A model generated the notes under the pieces. It did not search any database. It saw only the letters and a list, made by a program, of their open reading frames with translations, and had not been told where the DNA came from. Below are positions 26,337-32,927 of a stretch of DNA of 32,927 bases, piece after piece (position 1 is the first letter of the stretch; each line of letters begins with the position of its first letter). The DNA is from a virus (lineage: Duplodnaviria; Heunggongvirae; Uroviricota; Caudoviricetes). The position numbers were made by a program, and so were the translations under genes. The DNA is taken from IMG/VR virus record IMGVR_UViG_2671181122_000013. One strand, 5' to 3'.

Positions 26337-28649
26337 TCATAATTCATACGCTCTCCAATCACATATAACAGGATAACTGAAGCTTCTCCCGTCGTAATTT
26401 ACAGTTGCCCCACGCGCCAGCGCCTCAAGCTCCCATCGCTGCGGCCTGATACCGTTCTGAGCAAGGTCAACGCGGATAAGGGTGATTTGCAATCGTTCAG
26501 ACCTGGTCAGTCTGGCCGATGGTGCTATTTCATGCGGTTTTAACGGGCTTCCGTTTCTTTGCTGACGGTTTGGTGTTATCAGGTCGTGTTTTAATGCGCC
26601 CCTGAGCGCCCTCACGACCTCCGGGTCATTCCATTCGATAACACCGTCATCAACCAGATTAAGCACTGCTGCGGCGTGTTCAGAAGGTGTGGGAGCCGGT
26701 AACGAAGTATCACCACTGGTGAGCTTTCCACAGTTATTGACAGGACTCCGAGGCGCGGCGATGCCGCTTTTTAAAGTCAAAGGCTCAACGACCGGAACTT
26801 TCGGCACAATGCGCCAGTCCGTCGTTCTGGTGATATGAATATGACGCGCGCCGAGATGCGGCGCGTAAATGCCGACCACTCTCTCGACTTCTTCCTCGTA
26901 CTCGTTAACGTCATCCGACGGACTACGGGCGACCCTGACAGTCTGACAATCGCGCGGGACATTTGCCCCACCCTGCGCGCTGATATACAGCGCAAAATCA
27001 CCACTGTCTGCGGCGGCGCGTGCAGCCTCGACGCGCTCGTCAAACTCATCAGCAATGCTGACGCCGCGAGGCAATTTGCGTAGTTCACGGTAAGCCCCCA
27101 TTGTCGGCAGGCCAACCGTTTTAAATTGCGGAATGCGCCACGTTGACGCCCATGCGGTAACAGCCGCGGCAGTATCTTTCAGCGGTCTGCCGGTATCGTT
27201 ATCGAGCTGCCCATCCAGTGCATAGCCGTCGATATTTTTTGAGATGTATTTCGCGATATACCCCGCAGCACCGCCCCGATTAAGATGTTTTGCCTGAAAA
27301 CGGTTTCGCGCGGCTCCTCTTTCGTCGCCATCCTCTTTGAGCGCATAGCGACGCATGATTTCGATAATCTGGTTACGCTGGCGTGGATTACAAAAAAGCA
27401 TCATATGCCAGTGCGGCGTTCCGTCGTGGTGTGGCTCGACGACTCGCAAACCGTAGACCTGTAAATCATTATCCTTGAATGCCGTGCGCATCAGGCTCCA
27501 GATACGGCAGAGATAACGCTGCGCATCCTTTGGATTAAATGCCTCATCATTCCAGCCGTGATTAAGCTGGACGGTTTTATTTTCGCCTTTTCCAACCTGA
27601 CGTGTCGGGTGATACTTTGACGGCGCGGTAAGCGTGATAAACATCCCCACATCACCCTCTGCGGCGGCGTAACGCTCAATACCGGCAATGGTGTTCATCA
27701 GCTCCATCCGGCGAATTTCAGGATTAGAAATACTGCCCATCACCTTACTGATAAGGTCGATGCGCTCGCCGGTTTCCCTGTTTTCAAGGTCACACGATTT
27801 AAGAAATTCCAGATTTGCCTGGCGGCGCGCACGCACATCACGAATGGCATGTTTACTGGCATAAGGAGAACGGTCTTTATTGACCTCCCCGACAGCTATC
27901 AGTAACGCCTCATGCCAGCGCATACGCTGGCCTTTAAGCTGATGAGTCCACCACTCATCGTTAAACAGGCGGGCAATGGCAGAATATGCCTGCCTCGTGG
28001 TCATCTGTCCTTTACGGTATTTTTTCCAGTAGAGCGGGGAAATATTGAAAGCACGTGCAGCGCCAGCAACATGACCATAGAGGTGAGCCTGCGCCTCATC
28101 CGTAAACAGCGATTCTTTTTCGCCATGTGCATCAACCCAGGCATCGCAGAGTTCCTCATACATCATGAAAAGCTGCGATGAGATACGGGCAGCAAACTTT
28201 TTCAGCTCCTTGTCATTCATTCCCGGCAGGCGCGCATAGTGGTCACGCTCTGCCAGAAACAGCAACGACGCGTCGGTGTTCATTTCATGGCGCTGATTCA
28301 CACGCTCAATGCGCGGCCATAAACGACGCTGAAAAGTGGATGTGAGGAAATAAAACCCGTGCACCGGGCTTTTATTGCGCCGGATGTAGTCATAGCGTGA
28401 AGTAAACAGCGAGCGCAAAAAGTAAGGCAGGCGGTTAATCGTGGATAAAACACCTTGCACCTGATGCATCTCGTCACGTGTAAGGGGTCTTTCGCGCCCG
28501 ACGGCCTCGCGTGGCGCGTTCCATGCATAAGCACCGGTAAACGCCTTACCGGTGCCTGCAGCAAATGCTGACGGAGGGACAAAACGCCCGGAGGCTTTAA
28601 CGGCCATATGAGCCAAAAGCCTCTGAACAACGCCTGCTGAGTTGCTCAA
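26337..28649 (-). CDS. A: Replication initiation protein gpA (rolling-circle nickase), up to 770 aa
   Basis: Size close to the 761-aa P2 gpA; last gene of the early operon; the real start may be the internal ATG at about 28607 (MAVKASGRF…). Confidence 0.85.
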   Translation of the reverse strand: MSNSAGVVQRLLAHMAVKASGRFVPPSAFAAGTGKAFTGAYAWNAPREAVGRERPLTRDEMHQVQGVLSTINRLPYFLRSLFTSRYDYIRRNKSPVHGFYFLTSTFQRRLWPRIERVNQRHEMNTDASLLFLAERDHYARLPGMNDKELKKFAARISSQLFMMYEELCDAWVDAHGEKESLFTDEAQAHLYGHVAGAARAFNISPLYWKKYRKGQMTTRQAYSAIARLFNDEWWTHQLKGQRMRWHEALLIAVGEVNKDRSPYASKHAIRDVRARRQANLEFLKSCDLENRETGERIDLISKVMGSISNPEIRRMELMNTIAGIERYAAAEGDVGMFITLTAPSKYHPTRQVGKGENKTVQLNHGWNDEAFNPKDAQRYLCRIWSLMRTAFKDNDLQVYGLRVVEPHHDGTPHWHMMLFCNPRQRNQIIEIMRRYALKEDGDERGAARNRFQAKHLNRGGAAGYIAKYISKNIDGYALDGQLDNDTGRPLKDTAAAVTAWASTWRIPQFKTVGLPTMGAYRELRKLPRGVSIADEFDERVEAARAAADSGDFALYISAQGGANVPRDCQTVRVARSPSDDVNEYEEEVERVVGIYAPHLGARHIHITRTTDWRIVPKVPVVEPLTLKSGIAAPRSPVNNCGKLTSGDTSLPAPTPSEHAAAVLNLVDDGVIEWNDPEVVRALRGALKHDLITPNRQQRNGSPLKPHEIAPSARLTRSERLQITLIRVDLAQNGIRPQRWELEALARGATVNYDGRSFSYPVICDWRAYEL

Positions 28650-28872
28650 CCTGCGCGTTTAAATCAGCAAAAGATTTTGCGCTTCCGGTCAGAATATCGT
28701 GATGCATCAGGCCGGAAACGAGCTGGCTTAATTTCGGATAATAACCAACCACCGCCAGCCATTCCTGACCGGCGTTTTTACCGCTTTCCGCTCTCTTTTT
28801 CTCGTGGAGAATAAACTGAAAGCTGTCACTGGTAACGACATAACGTTCGCCAATTTCAATACGAATACTCAT
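28597..28872 (-). CDS. Small early-operon protein (P2 orf83 position), 91 aa
   Basis: Position immediately upstream of A in the early operon. Confidence 0.6.
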   Translation of the reverse strand: MSIRIEIGERYVVTSDSFQFILHEKKRAESGKNAGQEWLAVVGYYPKLSQLVSGLMHHDILTGSAKSFADLNAQVEQLSRRCSEAFGSYGR

Positions 28873-29093
28873 GCCGTTCTCCGGTAATGTTTGTTTTTTG
28901 CTTCAAAGACTGACTGGCAGGAAACACAACGCGTGGCTGACGGATAAGCCGCACGACGGGCAGCAGGTATTGGCGCGTCACACTCTTCGCAAACCAGCGC
29001 AGAAGCACCGCAATGTTTTACCCTTGCCGCGTTAATCTGACGCTCCAGTAATTCAGCCTGTTGTTCCTGAATAAAATCTACGTTGTCCGGCAT
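28869..29093 (-). CDS. TraR/DksA-family C4 zinc-finger protein (P2 orf82 position), 74 aa
   Basis: CEEC…(x20)…CVSC zinc-finger spacing typical of the TraR/DksA family. Confidence 0.7.
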   Translation of the reverse strand: MPDNVDFIQEQQAELLERQINAARVKHCGASALVCEECDAPIPAARRAAYPSATRCVSCQSVFEAKNKHYRRTA

Positions 29094-29398
29094 TACCAGC
29101 TCCTTTTGTCGTTAAGTTTTTTAAATTCATCAGCGCAATAGCTAGCAATTTCTGTCGTTAATTTCGTCAGTTCATCCACGGAGGAGATTTGCTTGTGAAA
29201 TACAGCGCGTTTAACAAGTAAATTGACCACATCAGACAGGAGATTTAATTCGTTCTGATAAATCGCGATAACAGACTCAGTTATTTCGCGTTTTTCTTTA
29301 TCAAGACCAAGTTGAATAAGAGATAAATCGCCATTTTTCATAACGGTGATTTTTAAGGCGTTATTCAGTAATACAACTGAACGAGAACAGGACATCAA
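29093..29398 (-). CDS. Small early-operon protein (P2 orf81 position), 101 aa
   Basis: Position and coupled overlaps within the early operon. Confidence 0.55.
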   Translation of the reverse strand: MMSCSRSVVLLNNALKITVMKNGDLSLIQLGLDKEKREITESVIAIYQNELNLLSDVVNLLVKRAVFHKQISSVDELTKLTTEIASYCADEFKKLNDKRSW

Positions 29399-29652
29399 AG
29401 CACCTCCCCGCGAGACAATCCGATATTGTGAAATTTTTCCGACTCCTGACTGAGCAGCTCGACTATCTCCACGCGGGATAACTCCGCCTTTGTGATGTGG
29501 CGAATCATGGCGTCAAGATGAGAAGAAAAGCGCGTCGCTGCGTCGGCCTGTGCTTCGGTTCTGGCCTGTTGCAGCAGTAATGCGTATTTACCGCACTGAT
29601 TTTCAGAAACTGTATGCATGACTTTCTCCAGGCAAAAAGAAGCCCCGCACAA
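29395..29652 (-). CDS. Small early-operon protein (P2 orf80 position), 85 aa
   Basis: Position and coupled overlaps within the early operon. Confidence 0.55.
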   Translation of the reverse strand: MCGASFCLEKVMHTVSENQCGKYALLLQQARTEAQADAATRFSSHLDAMIRHITKAELSRVEIVELLSQESEKFHNIGLSRGEVL

Positions 29653-29682
29653 TTAAGTGCGTTAAAAACTCTGGTTAATTAC

Positions 29683-30183
29683 TTAATGCAGATATTGCTC
29701 TGGTTTTACCGACGTCAGAATTGTCGGTGCATACTCAAACAGGCTGAATAATTCACGTAATGCACGGAATAAGGCATCACGCCAGTAACATGATTCTTCA
29801 TTAATTCGCCAGTATGGCTGGTTGAATTCTTTTTCAGTCAATCCGGCATGCATAAATAAAGTACGGCGCTGACTGACAGTTAAAAAGCTAATATATGCAT
29901 ACTCACTTGCACCGACCTGACGGCGTTTTGAGAATGCCCCACGCAGTTCATCAATTGCACAAACCAGCCGTTCACGTTCGACGTCGTTCATTTCTTCAAA
30001 ACGCATCGTTGCGTGACGCTGTTTTAACTGCGCATGGAAGCAAACCGTTAGCCGTTCGCGTTCCATCATCTGATTATAATAATCGCATGTCTCCTGCCAG
30101 CGAGGGACGGCCAGATGCTTACCAATTATCCGGCGCATAGCTGCTGGCTGTTTTTCAACGAGATTGAGCGTCATCACTGTCAT
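29683..30183 (-). CDS. B: Replication protein gpB (helicase-loader-like), 166 aa
   Basis: 166 aa equals P2 gpB; located between cox and A. Confidence 0.8.
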   Translation of the reverse strand: MTVMTLNLVEKQPAAMRRIIGKHLAVPRWQETCDYYNQMMERERLTVCFHAQLKQRHATMRFEEMNDVERERLVCAIDELRGAFSKRRQVGASEYAYISFLTVSQRRTLFMHAGLTEKEFNQPYWRINEESCYWRDALFRALRELFSLFEYAPTILTSVKPEQYLH

Positions 30184-30374
30184 TTCCAGACCCTCCGGCT
30201 TTTCAGAAAGGTCAGAGTCTTTTTTAACGGACTCTGTTTTTTGGTGCGGATAATGATTCCCTTACGCCCCTTACCGTGGGTGATGGTGAAGTCAATCGCC
30301 CTGGGGCTTTCGTTACGCAATAACTGAGCAATACAACGAGGCTCATTCATACGGTTCTCCTTAACGTGGTTCAC
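30180..30374 (-). CDS. Small early-operon protein (P2 orf78 position), 64 aa
   Basis: Located between cox and B; overlaps both. Confidence 0.5.
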   Translation of the reverse strand: MNHVKENRMNEPRCIAQLLRNESPRAIDFTITHGKGRKGIIIRTKKQSPLKKTLTFLKSRRVWK

Positions 30375-30636
30375 CGAGACCTAACCACATCAACCAGCCG
30401 TCACGAATCTCTTTAGGACGGCTTTCATAAGCCAGTTTTAGTCCGTTATTCCATGCCGGAAGGTATACCCAATATTCACCAGCACGCCCCGATACTGACT
30501 GAGGGTCAGTAATCTCAATAACTGGTAATTTCCCTTTCTCAATCATGCCCCTTACAGCTCTTGGAGTTTTACCAATGAGTTTTGCAAACTCCTGATAAGG
30601 CACGGCATCAGTCACGCTTACAAGCTGTCTATTCAT
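30361..30636 (-). CDS. cox: Cox, excision directionality factor and Pc repressor, 91 aa
   Basis: 91 aa equals P2 Cox; first gene of the early operon, divergent from C. Confidence 0.85.
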   Translation of the reverse strand: MNRQLVSVTDAVPYQEFAKLIGKTPRAVRGMIEKGKLPVIEITDPQSVSGRAGEYWVYLPAWNNGLKLAYESRPKEIRDGWLMWLGLGEPR

Positions 30637-30757
30637 CTGCTACGATTCTCCCTTAGTGCTTCTAATGGCTCCTAATGGCTAATTATTGCCTAAAAGGATA
30701 ACTCCAGAAGCACAACATTTCACACTATCAGCAAGAAATTACGCAATCGGAGTAATT
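30637..30757. promoter_or_regulatory. Immunity switch region (Pe/Pc promoters and operators) with tandem 10-bp repeats at 30651..30680
   Basis: 121-bp intergenic region between divergent cox and C; repeats CCTTAGTGCT / TCTAATGGCT / CCTAATGGCT at 10-bp phasing; GGAG ribosome-binding site 5 nt before the C start. Confidence 0.6.
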
Positions 30758-31057
30758 ATGTCAATAGACGTTTCGGAGAAGTTGAAGCTAATCCGTGAAT
30801 CTGAAAGGTTAAACCGTAAAGAATTCAGTGAATTAACTGGTGTAGCCTACAGCTCACTTTCGAGCTATGAGAGCCGGTCAAAAAACGCTGGAGTTGAAGC
30901 CATAATGAAGGTCTTACAACATCCCAGATTTACTAAATATACTTTGTGGTTCATGACTGATCAGGTAGCTCCAGAAGCCGGGCAAATTGCGCCCGCTCTC
31001 GCACACTTTGGGCAAAACGAAACAACGTCGCCCCACTCCGGTCAAAAGACTGGTTAA
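30758..31057 (+). CDS. C: Immunity repressor C, 99 aa
   Basis: Start at the internal ATG (MSIDVSEKLKL…) gives the 99 aa of P2 C; HTH-like N-terminal region; upstream of int. Confidence 0.8.
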   Translation: MSIDVSEKLKLIRESERLNRKEFSELTGVAYSSLSSYESRSKNAGVEAIMKVLQHPRFTKYTLWFMTDQVAPEAGQIAPALAHFGQNETTSPHSGQKTG

Positions 31058-31172
31058 CAATTTATCGTGAATATATTCATCACAAGTGCCTACTATTGGT
31101 GGCTAAATTTCAGCCACCACGAAAAAAGCGATTAGTAGTAGCAAAAAAAAGTACCACTCGGAGGGTTTTCTG

Positions 31173-32198
31173 ATGGCAATCAAAAAACTCGATGATGGTC
31201 GATATGAAGTGGACATCCGCCCTACTGGACGTAACGGAAAACGCATCCGTAGGAAGTTTGATAAGAAAAGCGAAGCTGTCGCTTTCGAAAAATACACGTT
31301 GTACAACCACCACAATAAAGAATGGCTATCAAAACCAACAGACAAACGACGTCTGTCGGAACTGACACAGATCTGGTGGGATTTAAAGGGTAAACACGAA
31401 GAGCATGGGAAATCTAATCTTGGAAAAATTGAAATCTTCACAAAAATAACGAATGACCCATGCGCATTTCAAATCACGAAATCCCTTATCAGCCAGTACT
31501 GCGCCACCCGAAGAAGTCAGGGTATTAAACCTTCGAGTATCAATCGTGATTTAACATGTATTAGCGGCATGTTTACAGCCCTGATTGAAGCGGAGTTATT
31601 CTTTGGTGAGCACCCTATCAGAGGGACAAAGAGGCTTAAGGAGGAAAAACCAGAAACAGGCTATCTCACACAGGAAGAAATTGCCTTACTGCTTGCAGCA
31701 CTTGACGGCGACAACAAAAAGATTGCGATTCTTTGCCTGAGTACAGGAGCACGTTGGGGAGAAGCAGCTCGTTTGAAAGCAGAAAATATCATCCATAACC
31801 GCGTCACGTTTGTTAAAACGAAAACAAACAAACCACGCACCGTCCCGATCTCAGAGGCTGTTGCCAAAATGATCGCGGATAACAAACGAGGTTTTTTATT
31901 CCCTGATGCTGATTACCCTCGCTTCAGACGAACAATGAAAGCAATAAAACCGGATTTGCCAACGGGGCAAGCCACACATGCACTAAGGCACAGCTTTGCC
32001 ACTCATTTCATGATTAATGGAGGAAGTATTATCACGCTACAACGGATACTAGGTCACACGCGAATTGAGCAAACTATGGTTTACGCTCATTTTGCGCCAG
32101 AGTACCTTCAGGACGCCATTTCTCTTAATCCGCTAAGAGGTGGTACTGAAGCCGAGAGTGTCCACAGTAGAGTAACGTTTAAGGGCTTTCAGTGGTAA
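31173..32198 (+). CDS. int: Tyrosine integrase, 341 aa
   Basis: C-terminal catalytic region with HALRHSFATH…LGHTRIEQTMVYAH (Arg-His-Arg-Tyr context); sits next to the att core. Confidence 0.9.
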   Translation: MAIKKLDDGRYEVDIRPTGRNGKRIRRKFDKKSEAVAFEKYTLYNHHNKEWLSKPTDKRRLSELTQIWWDLKGKHEEHGKSNLGKIEIFTKITNDPCAFQITKSLISQYCATRRSQGIKPSSINRDLTCISGMFTALIEAELFFGEHPIRGTKRLKEEKPETGYLTQEEIALLLAALDGDNKKIAILCLSTGARWGEAARLKAENIIHNRVTFVKTKTNKPRTVPISEAVAKMIADNKRGFLFPDADYPRFRRTMKAIKPDLPTGQATHALRHSFATHFMINGGSIITLQRILGHTRIEQTMVYAHFAPEYLQDAISLNPLRGGTEAESVHSRVTFKGFQW

Positions 32199-32254
32199 TT
32201 TATGCCGCTCAAACCCGCATTGTACCGTTGAAAGCCCCTACTGGTGACACCCTA

Positions 32255-32282
32255 AATCTCCCTTACACGGGCTTATTTTTTA
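32255..32282. repeat. attR: 28-bp direct repeat identical to 1507..1534
   Basis: Exact copy AATCTCCCTTACACGGGCTTATTTTTTA, 57 bp downstream of the int stop. Confidence 0.85.
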
Positions 32283-32609
32283 TGCATAAGCCCTATCCCT
32301 GGTCACCGTCTTCCATTGACCACATCGATAGAATCCTCCTTCATAGCACGATGCCTTTCACTTATCGACATCGTGCTCGCACAGGTTCCGGTTACGCACA
32401 GCCAGAACGCGCATGTTTGACGCTTACCAAAAAATGAACCTAAAGCATTGGAATATTTTTGACATCATTTTCTGATGGCTGCATAAAATAAAAATTCTGC
32501 TTTAGTTTCATCTATCTGTTTGTCATTAATACTCACATTCAATAATAGTGTTGAAGAATATCCCATCACAGATAAAATAAATATGTGCATGGTAGTCTTG
32601 AATCTATTC

Positions 32610-32927
32610 TCACTCTCCACATTTGAATGTCAGACGAGCGACGCCATGTAATCCTGCACCTTCTGTCTTCAGGTCAACTATCTGCATTTTTTTGCCCTGA
32701 GTAACACAGAAATGAGTTGCATCATTTTTTACTATATTTTCTGCACCAGATATTCTACCCCTGGCTAAAGAAGCTTCGGCTTCGGTGTAGTATTGGTTAT
32801 CGAGTTTACGCTGAATATTACTTTTATATGCAAGGCCAATTTTACCGATACTTGTCTCATCATTATGCACAGCACAACCAGACATAAGAAAAACACTAAT
32901 TAATGATATAGCAGCTATCTTTTTCAC
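32610..32927 (-). CDS. yegR: Host lipoprotein, YegR-like (105 aa as tracked); start coincides with the window edge (GTG), may be truncated
   Basis: Signal peptide with lipobox LMSGC; position on the int side of the prophage matches K-12 yegR beyond the ogrK/yegZ remnant; name assigned from context and partial recollection. Confidence 0.5.
   Translation of the reverse strand: MKKIAAISLISVFLMSGCAVHNDETSIGKIGLAYKSNIQRKLDNQYYTEAEASLARGRISGAENIVKNDATHFCVTQGKKMQIVDLKTEGAGLHGVARLTFKCGE

Larger units (their letters stand above)
1507..32282. mobile_element. P2-like prophage, apparently complete (about 30.8 kb)
   Basis: Bounded by 28-bp direct repeats; contains int, C, cox, B, A, cos, Q through D and ogr in P2 order with P2-like protein lengths. 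Confidence 0.9.

Noticed and set aside
32192-32437. 81-aa plus-strand ORF spanning attR
   Set aside because: Crosses the prophage-host junction and the att core; no ribosome-binding site or sensible context, most likely spurious.
1-32927. CRISPR arrays, IS elements or transposase genes
   Set aside because: No regularly spaced direct repeats with spacers and no transposase-like ORFs were seen; the only mobile element is the prophage, and the only recombinases are the integrase and the invertase.

Overview
This window is a near-complete P2-like (Peduovirus-type) temperate prophage of about 30.8 kb (1507..32282), inserted between host yegQ/trhP-cyaR on the left and a yegR-like lipoprotein gene on the right. 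It is bounded by a 28-bp direct repeat (attL 1507..1534, attR 32255..32282) that matches the P2 att core as I recall it; the left copy forms the 3' terminator of the CyaR sRNA gene. Gene order, strand and protein lengths follow P2 almost gene for gene: ogr, D, U, T, E/E', FII, FI, then H, I, J, W, V, S, R, lysC/B/A, K, Y, X, L, M, N, O on the minus strand, P and Q on the plus strand, a cos-like site, then A, the small early ORFs, B, cox on the minus strand and C and int on the plus strand. Two positions depart from the P2 backbone, and both are places where P2 carries accessory genes. (1) Between cos and gene A, where P2 has old/tin, there is an AT-rich cassette: a C5-cytosine DNA methyltransferase (minus strand), a small HTH protein and a 351-aa protein with a PD-(D/E)xK-like nuclease motif (plus strand). 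I read this as a controller-regulated Type II restriction-modification system carried as phage defence cargo; it is the best candidate for something uncharacterised, though the system type itself is well known. (2) At the Z/fun position there is a Gin/Pin/Hin-family serine invertase and a ~1.9-kb invertible segment, bounded by 26-bp inverted crossover sites, that carries alternative tail-fibre C-termini and tail-fibre assembly genes. All assignments rest on reading the supplied ORF translations, recognised motifs and remembered P2 gene order and sizes; no database search was possible, so recognition specificity, novelty and percent identities are not claimed.
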